Shown here: positions 47,393 to 57,121 of the stretch, piece by piece
Position numbering within the stretch: position 1 is the stretch's first letter
How the letters are laid out: every line of letters begins with the position of its first letter
Source of the DNA: an uncultured Eubacteriales bacterium
GTDB taxonomy: Bacteria > Bacillota > Clostridia > Oscillospirales > CAG-272
Length of the DNA: 64,000 nt
NCBI GenBank assembly: GCA_934481515.1
Contig: CAKSPO010000001.1
Location: 27,561-91,560 of the forward strand
Direction of reading: 5' to 3'
Program-made: the position numbers and the translations under genes
Notes under the pieces: generated by a model
Database searches by the model: none
The model's input: the letters and a program-made list of their open reading frames with translations, nothing else
Told to the model about the DNA's origin: nothing

Positions 47393-47806
47393 ATGACGAG
47401 AAAAGAAGCCAGAGAAGAGGCGTTTCGTCTGCTGTTTGAAACGGAGTTTCACGGAGAGGATTCTGCAACGGAAATTTATGCAAGAGCAAAGGAAAACCGG
47501 GAGCTGATGGAGAACCCGTACATCCGGGAGGTGTATTTCGGGGTGCGGGAACACCTTGCAGAGCTGGATGAGATCATCGCCCGGCATTCCGACGGATGGA
47601 AGCCCGGCCGGATTTCTCCGGTTTCACTCAGTGCCATCCGGCTTTGCATCTACGAGATGAAATATATGGATTCCATTCCGCTGCTGGTTTCCATCAACGA
47701 AGCAATCGAGCTTGTCAAAAAATTTGATGATCCGAAAATGAAAGCGTTTGTCAACGGCGTTCTGAACGGAGCCAAAGACGAGATCGAGGCGGCAGGCGGA
47801 AAATGA
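47393..47806 (+). CDS. nusB: Transcription antitermination factor NusB
   Basis: MTRKEAREEAFRLLFE... is a canonical NusB N-terminus. ATG 47393 is preferred over GTG 47390. Confidence 0.9.
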   Translation: MTRKEAREEAFRLLFETEFHGEDSATEIYARAKENRELMENPYIREVYFGVREHLAELDEIIARHSDGWKPGRISPVSLSAIRLCIYEMKYMDSIPLLVSINEAIELVKKFDDPKMKAFVNGVLNGAKDEIEAAGGK

Positions 47807-48771
47807 CAGACTGCTTTGTCGGAATCGACACCAGCAATTATACCACTTCCGCGGCGGTATGTACCGCAGAGGGAGAGATCCTTGCAAATCTCAAAATGCC
47901 TTTGCCGGTACGGGAGGGGGAGTGCGGGCTACGTCAGAGTGACGCGGTTTTTGCACATACCAAAAACCTTCCTTCTGTCATGCAAAAGCTACCGGAGGTG
48001 CTTCGCGGCAACAGGGTTCTTGCCGTCGGTTATTCCGCACGTCCGCGCCCTGCGGCGGATTCCTATATGCCGTGCTTTCTTGCCGGCATCGCGGCGGCAC
48101 AAAGCTTCGCGGCAGGAGCTGGCGGCGCACCGCTTTTTGAATTTTCCCATCAGGAAGGACACCTGATGGCGGCGGTGTATTCCTCCGGCGCTCCGGAGAA
48201 CCTTCTGCGGGAGCCATTCGCTGCATTCCATGTCTCCGGAGGCACCACGGATGTTCTTTTGGCGGAACCGGCAGGGAGCGGCTTTTCGGTAACGCGGATT
48301 GCCGGAACGGAAGACCTGAACGCCGGGCAGGCAATCGACCGTGCCGGTGTGATGATGGGGCTGAAGTTCCCGTGCGGAGCGGCAATGGAACGGCTTGCCG
48401 ACACGTATCAAGGGAAAATCCCGTCTCCGCGCGTCTGTGTCCGGAACGGAAGCTGCCATCTTTCGGGACTTCAGAATCAGGCGGAGAAGCTTTGGCATGA
48501 AACGGGAAATTCCGCATTCGTCAGTGCTTACGTGTTCGCGTTTCTCGGCAAAACCCTTTCCGCAATGACTGCGGCGTTGGATGCGTCCCAGGGGGAGTTG
48601 CCGATCGTATATGCAGGCGGCGTTATGAGCAACCGCGGGTTGCAGCGCTTCCTCGGAAAACGAAAAAATACATGGTTTGCCGAACCGGCATTTTCTGCGG
48701 ACAATGCCGCCGGAATTGCACTGCTCTGCCGCAGAAGGTATCTGGAGCAGAGTGGGAATTCTGTCGGATGA
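47803..48771 (+). CDS. Kae1/TsaD-family (glycoprotease, ASKHA fold) protein, divergent
   Basis: ATGA overlap with nusB. GIDTSNYTTSAAV N-terminus, HQEGH metal motif, AGGVMSN, and ADNAAGIA (metal Asp). Confidence 0.7.
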   Translation: MTDCFVGIDTSNYTTSAAVCTAEGEILANLKMPLPVREGECGLRQSDAVFAHTKNLPSVMQKLPEVLRGNRVLAVGYSARPRPAADSYMPCFLAGIAAAQSFAAGAGGAPLFEFSHQEGHLMAAVYSSGAPENLLREPFAAFHVSGGTTDVLLAEPAGSGFSVTRIAGTEDLNAGQAIDRAGVMMGLKFPCGAAMERLADTYQGKIPSPRVCVRNGSCHLSGLQNQAEKLWHETGNSAFVSAYVFAFLGKTLSAMTAALDASQGELPIVYAGGVMSNRGLQRFLGKRKNTWFAEPAFSADNAAGIALLCRRRYLEQSGNSVG

Positions 48772-48830
48772 CCGCAAAGGCACAACACCCGGCGGAAACG
48801 TGAAAAAATGAAAAAGAGAAGGGATCACAT

Positions 48831-50042
48831 ATGGCAGTCGGAAAATCCGCACTTTCGGTGACAGAAATCAATGAATACCTGAAGATGCTTCTGGATGGCG
48901 ACCGGGTGCTTTCCGATGTGTATGTTTCCGGCGAGATTTCCAACTTCAAGCTTTATGCTTCCGGTCATGCGTACTTTTCTCTGAAGGACGAAACCGGGCA
49001 GTTGCGCGCCGTGATGTTCCGGAGTTATGCATCCCGTCTGCCGTTTCTTCCGCAGGACGGAATGCACGTGATTGCGCACGGAAGAATTTCCGTGTATGAG
49101 GTCAGCGGGCAATATCAGCTTTATGCGGACAGTCTGCAACCCGACGGCGCGGGAGCGCTGGCAATGCGGTTCGAACAGCTCCGGCGGAAGCTTGCGGCAG
49201 AAGGACTGTTCGACGAGGAGCGGAAGCGACCGCTTCCGCAGATGCCAATGCGCATCGGCATCATTACCTCTCCGTCGGGCGCCGCCATACACGATATGAT
49301 CAACATTCTCGGCAGGCGCTTTCCGCTTGCGAAAATGCTGCTGTATCCGGCGCAGGTGCAGGGGGCGGAAGCACCCGAACAGCTGGTTGCGGGTCTTGCT
49401 TATTTTGCTGCAACCCGGTGCGTTGATGTCATTATTCTCGGACGCGGCGGAGGATCGGCGGAGGATCTGTGGGCGTTCAATGACGAAGAACTGGCACGCG
49501 CCGTTGCCGCAAGTCCGATTCCGGTGATTTCGGCGGTCGGGCACGAGAGCGATTTTACCATCTGTGATTTTGCGGCGGACTGCCGTGCCCCAACCCCGTC
49601 TGCGGCGGCGGAGCTGGCGGTACCGGATCGCACGGAACTGTTTGCGGCGCTTTCCGCAACGGCGGCACGAATGACCGGGCTTCTGACCCGGCAGATCGGA
49701 CAGGAAAAACGGATCCTGCAACAGCTTTCCGGCGCCGGTATTTTCCTGCATCCGGAGCAGTTGACAGATTCCTACCGGATGCGATTGATGCAGACTGAGG
49801 ACGCATTGGAGCGTTCTGTGACGAAGGTGTTGCAGGAAAAGCATCATCTTGCGGAGTCCCTTGGCGGAAGGTTGGAAGCACTCAGCCCGCTGGCGGTGCT
49901 TGCCCGCGGGTATGCTGCTGTCGCAAGGGACGGGAAGACCGTTTCCCGCGCGGAAACACTTGCACCGGGAGATACAATCCGTGTGCGCTTTGCGGACGGA
50001 GCCGTAACGGCATCCGTCACGGACAGAGAGGAGAAGAACTAA
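48831..50042 (+). CDS. xseA: Exodeoxyribonuclease VII large subunit
   Basis: N-terminal OB fold (VSGEISNFKLYASGHAYFSLKD) and the catalytic region GRGGGSAEDLWAFN. Confidence 0.9.
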   Translation: MAVGKSALSVTEINEYLKMLLDGDRVLSDVYVSGEISNFKLYASGHAYFSLKDETGQLRAVMFRSYASRLPFLPQDGMHVIAHGRISVYEVSGQYQLYADSLQPDGAGALAMRFEQLRRKLAAEGLFDEERKRPLPQMPMRIGIITSPSGAAIHDMINILGRRFPLAKMLLYPAQVQGAEAPEQLVAGLAYFAATRCVDVIILGRGGGSAEDLWAFNDEELARAVAASPIPVISAVGHESDFTICDFAADCRAPTPSAAAELAVPDRTELFAALSATAARMTGLLTRQIGQEKRILQQLSGAGIFLHPEQLTDSYRMRLMQTEDALERSVTKVLQEKHHLAESLGGRLEALSPLAVLARGYAAVARDGKTVSRAETLAPGDTIRVRFADGAVTASVTDREEKN

Positions 50043-50046
50043 CGGT

Positions 50047-50286
50047 ATGAAGAAAACGGTTTCGTTTGAGGCATCCATGGAGCGCTTACAGGAGATTCTG
50101 CATACGCTGGAGGGCGGCGGAGATTCGCTGGAGGAATCCCTGCGCCTGTACGAAGAGGGCATCGGGCTCATCCGCACCTGCACAACATTGCTGGAGACCG
50201 CGGAACAGAAGGTACGGATGCTGCAACTGCAACCGGACGGCAGTGTTGCAGAGGTCGATTTTGCAAAAGGAGAGAATCAGGCATGA
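50047..50286 (+). CDS. xseB: Exodeoxyribonuclease VII small subunit
   Basis: 79 aa. FEASMERLQEILHTLEGG...LEESLRLYEEG is typical XseB. Confidence 0.9.
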   Translation: MKKTVSFEASMERLQEILHTLEGGGDSLEESLRLYEEGIGLIRTCTTLLETAEQKVRMLQLQPDGSVAEVDFAKGENQA

Positions 50287-51173
50287 CGGAAGAGGTACTG
50301 GAGCTTCTGATGCACCGGGACGCGGTGCTGACGGAAAACGGGATGAAAAAGACCTACACGGAAGATCCGGATCTGTCGGTGCTTTTGCAGGCAGAGCAGT
50401 ACAGCCTCTTTGCGGGGGGAAAACGGATCCGCCCGACACTGGTTCTGGAATTCTGCCGGATGTTCGGCGGGAATGAAGAGGTTGCGCTTCCGTTCGCGTG
50501 CGCGGTGGAAATGGTGCATACCTATTCGCTGATCCACGACGACCTGCCCTGCATGGACGATGATGACCTGCGCCGCGGCAAGCCGACCAACCATAAAGTA
50601 TTCGGTGAGTCCACGGCACTTCTGGCAGGAGACGCTCTCCTGACCGGCGCGTTTGAAATCACCGCTTCCAACATGGCGGCAGGTGCGGAGACCGCCGCAA
50701 AGGCGACCGCATATCTTGCCAGTTGTGCCGGACGTTACGGCATGGTCGGCGGTCAGATTATGGATCTGACCGGGGAGGGCAGAAAGCTGACACTGGATGA
50801 ACTTCTCAAACTGCATTCTCTGAAGACCGGAGCGCTGATGAGCGCGGCGGCAGTGCTTGGTGCCCTCGCGGCAGGTGTGTCCTTCCAGGATCCCAGGATG
50901 GAGGATGTGATTACTTATGCAGAGAAAATCGGACTCAGCTTTCAGATCGTGGATGACATGCTGGATCGGATCGGAGACACCGCAACACTCGGCAAGAATG
51001 TCGGCGTAGACGCGGAGCACAAAAAGAACACGTTTATGAGCTTTTATACCTTGGAGGAGGCGCAGTTCTATGCGGAACGCCTGACGGCTGACGCGATTGC
51101 AGCACTCCGGAAATATCCGGATTCCGATGCCCTTTGCACGTTGGCACAGTGGCTTCTGAACCGGAAGAAGTAA
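50283..51173 (+). CDS. ispA: Polyprenyl (farnesyl/geranylgeranyl) diphosphate synthase
   Basis: ATGA overlap. First Asp-rich motif LIHDDLPCMDDDDLRRG, second FQIVDDMLD. Confidence 0.9.
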   Translation: MTEEVLELLMHRDAVLTENGMKKTYTEDPDLSVLLQAEQYSLFAGGKRIRPTLVLEFCRMFGGNEEVALPFACAVEMVHTYSLIHDDLPCMDDDDLRRGKPTNHKVFGESTALLAGDALLTGAFEITASNMAAGAETAAKATAYLASCAGRYGMVGGQIMDLTGEGRKLTLDELLKLHSLKTGALMSAAAVLGALAAGVSFQDPRMEDVITYAEKIGLSFQIVDDMLDRIGDTATLGKNVGVDAEHKKNTFMSFYTLEEAQFYAERLTADAIAALRKYPDSDALCTLAQWLLNRKK

Positions 51174-51197
51174 CAGAGAAAGCAGAAAACAAAAAAG

Positions 51198-51668
51198 ATG
51201 TATACAGCGGTAGCTTTTTTTACCAACTATTATCTGGTTTCCGCCATCTCCGGGTGGCTGGTTGCACAGATCATCAAGATTTTCACCGGAATTTTCCGGG
51301 TACAGAAATTCTCCATCCGGGCAATGCTGTTCGGAACCGGCGGAATGCCGAGCTCCCATACCGCATCGGTTTGCGGGCTCTGTACGGCATGCGCGGTGCG
51401 GGACGGCTTTGGTTCCGTGACCTTTGCCGTCACGGCGGTGCTGTGCATCGTGGTCATGATTGATGCCGCCGGCGTCCGGCGGGAGACCGGAAAGCAGTCC
51501 CGCGCACTCAATCAGATTATCGAGGCGCTGTTCCGGGATTCCAAGGAGAATCTGGATGTGCATTTCAAAGAATTGATCGGACATACCCCTTTGCAGGTGG
51601 TCTGCGGAGCCGTGACCGGAATTGTGACGGCACTGCTTTTGCAGCTGATTCCTGTCTTTGCCGTATGA
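51198..51668 (+). CDS. Divergent PAP2-family membrane protein (DUF212-like)
   Basis: GGMPSSHTA and DAAGVRRETG motifs, four hydrophobic segments. Confidence 0.7.
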   Translation: MYTAVAFFTNYYLVSAISGWLVAQIIKIFTGIFRVQKFSIRAMLFGTGGMPSSHTASVCGLCTACAVRDGFGSVTFAVTAVLCIVVMIDAAGVRRETGKQSRALNQIIEALFRDSKENLDVHFKELIGHTPLQVVCGAVTGIVTALLLQLIPVFAV

Positions 51669-52504
51669 GAGCCGATCTGTATCTGACCTCCCGCGGGTAT
51701 GTTTCCGGCAGAGAGAAAGCCAAGGAACTGATTGAAGGCGGAAACGTGACGCTGGACGGAAAGGTATTGAAAAAAGCATCAGACCCTGTGAACGAGGAAA
51801 CAGAGCATGCGGTGGAAATCCGGAATCCGTTCCGTTATGTCGGACGGGGAGGGCTGAAGTTGGAAGCTGCATTGAACGCCTTTTCCCTGGATGTAGAGGG
51901 GAAAACGGCACTGGATATCGGCGCTTCCACCGGCGGCTTTACCGATTGCCTTCTGCAGCACGGCGCGGCACGGGTTTTTGCAGTGGATGCAGGGGAGGGA
52001 CAGCTTGCCGAAAAACTGGCAGCCGATGCCCGCGTGATTTCAAAAGAGCATCTGAACGCCCGCAATCTTTCCCCGGAGGATCTTGCCGGAGAACGCGTGG
52101 ATTTGATTGTCATGGATGTTTCTTTTATCTCTGCCACATATCTTCTGCCGCGTTTTCCGGAGCTTTTGCGCGAGAGCGGAGAAGCGGTCTGCCTGATCAA
52201 ACCGCAGTTTGAGGTCGGAAAGGCATGGATCGGAAAGGGCGGAATCGTGCGGGACCCGAAGGCACATCGTGCAGCGGTGGAGCAGGTTTTTGCGGCAGCA
52301 GAGCAGTCGGAGCTGGTTCCGGTCGGACTGATTGCTTCTCCGATTACCGGGGGAGACGGAAACCGGGAGTTTCTGGCACATTTTTGCAGAAAAGCCACCG
52401 GAAGGACTCCGCTGGCAGAACAGACCGTTTTGAAAATTACCGGAAACGTTTCCGGAGGAGGGAGAGACCGCAATGCTGAAAATCGCATTGATTACCAACT
52501 TTAA
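51665..52504 (+). CDS. tlyA: TlyA-family rRNA (cytidine-2'-O)-methyltransferase
   Basis: ATGA overlap. S4 domain at the N-terminus, FtsJ-like SAM site LDIGASTGGFTDCLLQHGA. Confidence 0.85.
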   Translation: MRADLYLTSRGYVSGREKAKELIEGGNVTLDGKVLKKASDPVNEETEHAVEIRNPFRYVGRGGLKLEAALNAFSLDVEGKTALDIGASTGGFTDCLLQHGAARVFAVDAGEGQLAEKLAADARVISKEHLNARNLSPEDLAGERVDLIVMDVSFISATYLLPRFPELLRESGEAVCLIKPQFEVGKAWIGKGGIVRDPKAHRAAVEQVFAAAEQSELVPVGLIASPITGGDGNREFLAHFCRKATGRTPLAEQTVLKITGNVSGGGRDRNAENRIDYQL

Positions 52505-53381
52505 CATTCAGGAAAAGGCAAATGCGGCACTCCGCGTGGCAGATCACCTCAGTGGCGAGGATTGTAAAATTCTGATTGCTGCGTTTAACCGGGAAAAACT
52601 GCTTCGGGTACACAAGGCAAGACCGGACTTTTCTTATCTTCCGCTGGAGGCAGTTTACGCGGAAGCAAATGTGCTGATCGTTCTTGGGGGAGATGGTACC
52701 ATTCTGGAGGCGGCGCGGCGCGCGGCGCTCAAGGGAACCCCGGTATTGGGAATCAATCTCGGAAGACTCGGCTATATGGCGGAGTTGGAACTGTCCGAAC
52801 TGGATCAATTGAAACGCCTGTTTACCGGAGAATATACGCTGGAGACCCGTTCCATGCTCCGCGTGGAGCTACTGAGCGCGTCCGGTGAGCTGAAATCTTT
52901 TTGTTACGCACTCAATGACGCGGTTATTTCCAACGGCTCCATTTCCCGGATTGTGGATCTGGAGCTTTACGAAAGCGGCATTCCCGTGACCTCCTATCGC
53001 GCAGACGGACTGATCGTGGCAACGCCGACCGGCTCCACGGCATATTCTCTGTCCGCAGGAGGAGCCGTGGTGGATCCGCAGGTTCCGTGCTTCTGCGTTA
53101 CACCGATCTGCCCACATTCGTTTATTGCCAGACCTATGATTTTTTCCGACCGGTCGGTTCTGGAGATCCGGAACACCTGTGCACGGGAAAAAATGCTGTA
53201 TCTGACGGTGGACGGAAAAATGAATTTTGAACTTTACCGGAATCAGCGGGTACGGATTACCAAATCCGATCTGCAAACCCGCCTGATCCGGCTCAAGCCC
53301 TGCGGCTTTTATCACAAACTCCGTCAGAAGATGAATGATTTTCCGATGGAGGAAACCGGAAAAGGAGATGGTGCAAAATGA
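52473..53381 (+). CDS. nadK: NAD kinase
   Basis: GGDGT motif (VLGGDGTILEAAR), NDAVI, TPTGSTAYSLSAGG. Confidence 0.9.
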   Translation: MLKIALITNFNIQEKANAALRVADHLSGEDCKILIAAFNREKLLRVHKARPDFSYLPLEAVYAEANVLIVLGGDGTILEAARRAALKGTPVLGINLGRLGYMAELELSELDQLKRLFTGEYTLETRSMLRVELLSASGELKSFCYALNDAVISNGSISRIVDLELYESGIPVTSYRADGLIVATPTGSTAYSLSAGGAVVDPQVPCFCVTPICPHSFIARPMIFSDRSVLEIRNTCAREKMLYLTVDGKMNFELYRNQRVRITKSDLQTRLIRLKPCGFYHKLRQKMNDFPMEETGKGDGAK

Positions 53382-53833
53382 AGAGAAAAAGACAGGAAAA
53401 ACTGCTGGAGCTGATTTCCAGATATGAGATCGACACACAGGACGAATTGATTGCACGCCTGCGGGAAAACGGTTTTGATGTCACACAGGCAACGGTCTCC
53501 AGGGACATCCGGGAACTGAAAATTTCCAAAATGACAACCGGCAAGGGAACGTATCGTTACGTGCTCCCGAAGCAGACCGAAACGGCAGGCGCCGCAAAAT
53601 TCAATTCCGCCATGATTGATTCTGTCATCAGTGTGGCAAATGCGGGAAATCTGGTTGTTATCAAGACCTATGCAGGTCTGGCGAATGCGGTTGCAGTCGG
53701 GATCGATTCCATGAACATTCCCGCAATTCTCGGCTGTGTGGCAGGCGATGATGCCATTCTGATTGTCGTGCGCGATACCGGTGCGGCAGAGGAGATTGCA
53801 GACCAGCTGAACAACCTGGTCAGGAATATCTGA
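53378..53833 (+). CDS. argR: Arginine repressor
   Basis: ATGA overlap. Winged-helix N-terminus (QDELIARLRENGFDVTQATVSRDIREL) and a C-terminal oligomerisation/arginine domain (GCVAGDDAILIV). Confidence 0.9.
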   Translation: MKRKRQEKLLELISRYEIDTQDELIARLRENGFDVTQATVSRDIRELKISKMTTGKGTYRYVLPKQTETAGAAKFNSAMIDSVISVANAGNLVVIKTYAGLANAVAVGIDSMNIPAILGCVAGDDAILIVVRDTGAAEEIADQLNNLVRNI

Positions 53834-53835
53834 AA

Positions 53836-55527
53836 ATGTTACGTTCTCTGCATATTGAAAATATTGCGGTTATCCGGCGGGCGGATTTGGAGCTTGGGCA
53901 CGGGTTTTCGGTGTTGACCGGCGAGACCGGAGCCGGAAAATCCATGCTCATCGACGGCATCAATCTTCTGCTTGGAAACCGCGTTTCACGGGAGCTGATC
54001 CGCTCCGGTGAAGAGGAAGCGCGCGTGAGCGCTGTATTTGAAGAGCTTCCCCCGAAGGTGATTGAACGGCTTTCGGAAATGGGCTTTTCCTGTCCGGACG
54101 GAACACTGATGCTTTGCCGTACTTTGCGCGCGGACGGAAAGAGTCGGACAACCCTGGACGGTCAGACCATTACCCAGACCGTACAGCGGGAGATTGCCCG
54201 CATGCTGATCAGTATTCACGGGCAGAACGACAACCAGAAGCTGGTGCAGAAGGGAGCATATCTGGAACTGCTGGACGCGTATGCCCATACGGAACCGCAG
54301 ATGGAGACGTACCGACATGCCTATCTGCGCTGGAAGGAAACTGCAAAGAAGCTGCAGGAATTTTCCCGTGATGAATCGGAAAAGCTTCGCCTGCGTGAGA
54401 TGCTGCAATATCAGATTGCCGATATCGACGCGCTCCGCCTCAAGGAGAATGAGGAGGAAGCGTTGCTCCGGGAGAGGGACCGTCTTTCCAATCTGGAAAA
54501 GATCAACCGACAGATCGGCATCTGCTGCCGTGCCCTGCGCAATGGAGAAAAGGGAGACGCATATGCGCTGGTGCGCCGTGCACAAAACGCATTGCATGCG
54601 CTTGGCGGGCTGATTCCGGACACCGAGGTGCTTGCCGAGCGGTTGGATGCCGTTGCCGCAGAGATTGAGGACATTTCGGCACTTGCCGAAGGATATGCCG
54701 ACGACGACCGGGAAGACCCGACCGAGCGGATTGACCGCATCGAGGGAAGGCTGGATGCCATCTCCAAACTGAAACGGAAATACGGAAACAGCATTGCGGA
54801 AATCCTGCAATTCCGGAGCCGGGCTGCCGAACGTCTTTCCAGGATGGAGGATGCGGATGAAACAGCCGCAAAACTGGAGCAGGAACTTGCCGCCAACCGG
54901 CAGGAGACCATAGCGGCGGCGGAGGTATTGTCCGATGCCCGGCGGGATGCGGCGGGACGGATTGCAGGAGATGTTATTGATACATTACAGTATCTGGATA
55001 TGCCGAAGATCCGTTTTGAAATCCGCGTTTCCCGAACCGAACCGGGAGAAACCGGTGCCGACAACGCGGAGTTCCTGATCGCGGTCAATCCCGGAGAGCC
55101 GCTGTTGCCATTGGAAAAGACGGCATCCGGCGGAGAGCTTTCCCGTATCATGCTGGCATTGCGCTCTGTTCTGAATGATCGGGATGGCGTTGATACCGTT
55201 ATTTTTGATGAAATCGACACCGGAATTTCCGGCAAAACCTCCCGCAAGGTTGGAATCAAACTGCACGCAAGCGCGGGAGAAGGGCAGGTACTCTGTGTGA
55301 CGCATTCGGCACAGATCGCATCGTTGGCGGATACACATTACCTTATCCGTAAGACCGAGCACGACGGAAGAGCAGAAACGGAAATCCGGATGCTTGACGG
55401 CGAGGAGCGGGTTTCGGAGATCGCGCGGATTCTCGGAGGAATCCGGGTTACCGACGCGGCACGGGATGCGGCGCGGGAAATGATTGAGGAATATCGGACA
55501 GAGCCATCGACCGGGGAACTTCTCTGA
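53836..55527 (+). CDS. recN: DNA repair protein RecN
   Basis: Walker A GETGAGKSM, long coiled coil, signature ASGGELSRIMLAL, Walker B VIFDEID. Confidence 0.95.
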   Translation: MLRSLHIENIAVIRRADLELGHGFSVLTGETGAGKSMLIDGINLLLGNRVSRELIRSGEEEARVSAVFEELPPKVIERLSEMGFSCPDGTLMLCRTLRADGKSRTTLDGQTITQTVQREIARMLISIHGQNDNQKLVQKGAYLELLDAYAHTEPQMETYRHAYLRWKETAKKLQEFSRDESEKLRLREMLQYQIADIDALRLKENEEEALLRERDRLSNLEKINRQIGICCRALRNGEKGDAYALVRRAQNALHALGGLIPDTEVLAERLDAVAAEIEDISALAEGYADDDREDPTERIDRIEGRLDAISKLKRKYGNSIAEILQFRSRAAERLSRMEDADETAAKLEQELAANRQETIAAAEVLSDARRDAAGRIAGDVIDTLQYLDMPKIRFEIRVSRTEPGETGADNAEFLIAVNPGEPLLPLEKTASGGELSRIMLALRSVLNDRDGVDTVIFDEIDTGISGKTSRKVGIKLHASAGEGQVLCVTHSAQIASLADTHYLIRKTEHDGRAETEIRMLDGEERVSEIARILGGIRVTDAARDAAREMIEEYRTEPSTGELL

Positions 55528-55540
55528 AACAAATGAAAAA

Positions 55541-55589
55541 AGCCGGAAAAAGGAATCGCGGAGAACGATTCTTTTTCCGGGCTTTTTTA
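55541..55589 (+). terminator. Rho-independent terminator after recN
   Basis: AGCCGGAAAAAGGAATCG ... CGATTCTTTTTCCGGGCT (two bulges) followed by TTTTTTAT. Confidence 0.75.
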
Positions 55590-55628
55590 TATTTATAAAT
55601 AAAAACTGCAAAAAAATGCATTTCTCAG

Positions 55629-55657
55629 TTGACAAAGCATTACAACCGTGATATAAT
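55629..55657 (+). promoter_or_regulatory. Consensus sigma-A promoter of the decarboxylase operon
   Basis: TTGACA - 17 bp - TATAAT, with TGA directly upstream (extended -10). Confidence 0.7.
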
Positions 55658-55740
55658 TTCATTAAACTGGGGTAGGATGGTATTTTTTAAAAAATACATC
55701 CGATACCGATGTCAAATATCAGATTTTGGAGGGTGTCTTT

Positions 55741-57105
55741 ATGGAGATGGGCACAACGATCGGCAGTGAAAAGATCGCCGCGCTTTTCGATTCCGGCACA
55801 TTTGTGGAGACCGGAGCCTATGTGAAAAGAGCAAACGGGGATCTGACCGGAGTTGTCTGCGGCTACGGCGCAATCGGCGGGAAGCTGGTTTACGCATTCG
55901 CACAGGACAGCGACCGGAAAAAGGGTGCGTTTGATGCATTGCAGGCAGAAAAAATTGCCGCGCTCTATCAGATGGCAATGAAAAACGGTGCGCCGGTGGT
56001 CGGTATTTTCGACAGCAACGGGGCAGTGCTTGCGGACGGAGCGGGCGTGATGTCTGCCTACGGAAAGCTTTTGAAGGCGGTCAGCGATGCTTCCGGCGTC
56101 ATCCCGCAGATTGCGGTAATCGACGGCGTTTGCGCAGGCATGGCAGCGACTGTTGCCGCAATGTTCGACCTTGTTATTACGGTCAAGGGGCAGTCCAAGC
56201 TGTTTGTCAACGCGCCTTTCCTGATCGGAAAAGAGACCGGAAGCGCTGAATATGCGGCACATACCGGACTTTCTTCCGTCGTGGTCGGCAGTTCTGCGGA
56301 GGCAGGAGCAAAGGTTGCGGAGCTGATTGCACTCCTTCCTTCCAATAACGAAGAAGGCGTTGTTGCAGAGGATGTCCGGGATGACATCAACCGCGCGGCA
56401 CTTGTGGAAGACCTTACGGGAGCCGAACTGGTTCGCGCACTTTCCGATGTCGGACACTTCGTAGAGTTCGGCAGCGAATATGCAACGGAAATGGTGACCG
56501 GACTTGCCGTGTTCGGCGGCGTGACCTGCGGTATCGTTGCCAATAACGGCGCAGTCAATGGAGGAACCATCACTTGCGACGGTGCGAAGAAGGCGGCAAA
56601 GCTGATCGGATTCTGCGACAGTTTCTCCATCCCGGTGGTGACGCTTACCGACAGCACGGGACTTGAGCTTGGCAGTGCGGCAGAGGGGACACCTTTTGCG
56701 GCACAGCTTGGCAAGCTTGCAATGGCGTATGCTTCCGCTGATACCGCAATGATTACTGTTGTCACCGGAAAAGCATACGGAGCAGCATTTACGTTGATGG
56801 GCTCCAAGGCGCTGGGGGCAGACATGGTTCTGGCATTGCCGGAGTCCGAAATCAGCGTAATGGCGCCGGATGCCGCTGTGGCGTTCCTGTGGAATGACCG
56901 GATCAGCGAAAAGATCAGCCGCGCGGCGCTGGAAGAAGAGTGGAAAGCGAAAAATGCAACCCCGGTTGCCGCCGCTGCGGACGGAAGCATTGACGATGTG
57001 GTAGATGCCGCAGAACTTCGTCAGCGGATCTGCGCCGCCGTTTATATGCTGATGATGAAGAACGGTGCAGCGCCCGCACGGAAGCATTGCAATCTTCCGC
57101 TGTAA
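55741..57105 (+). CDS. Acyl-CoA carboxyltransferase/decarboxylase alpha-like subunit (12S / MmdA / GcdA superfamily), short and divergent
   Basis: Start ATG 55741 (GGAGG 55727-55731). Two crotonase-like halves typical of carboxyltransferases. N-terminus SEKIAALFDSGTFVETG. The usual GGARxQEG segment reads SNGAVLADG here. Confidence 0.7.
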   Translation: MEMGTTIGSEKIAALFDSGTFVETGAYVKRANGDLTGVVCGYGAIGGKLVYAFAQDSDRKKGAFDALQAEKIAALYQMAMKNGAPVVGIFDSNGAVLADGAGVMSAYGKLLKAVSDASGVIPQIAVIDGVCAGMAATVAAMFDLVITVKGQSKLFVNAPFLIGKETGSAEYAAHTGLSSVVVGSSAEAGAKVAELIALLPSNNEEGVVAEDVRDDINRAALVEDLTGAELVRALSDVGHFVEFGSEYATEMVTGLAVFGGVTCGIVANNGAVNGGTITCDGAKKAAKLIGFCDSFSIPVVTLTDSTGLELGSAAEGTPFAAQLGKLAMAYASADTAMITVVTGKAYGAAFTLMGSKALGADMVLALPESEISVMAPDAAVAFLWNDRISEKISRAALEEEWKAKNATPVAAAADGSIDDVVDAAELRQRICAAVYMLMMKNGAAPARKHCNLPL

Positions 57106-57121
57106 GAAACGGGGGGTATTT

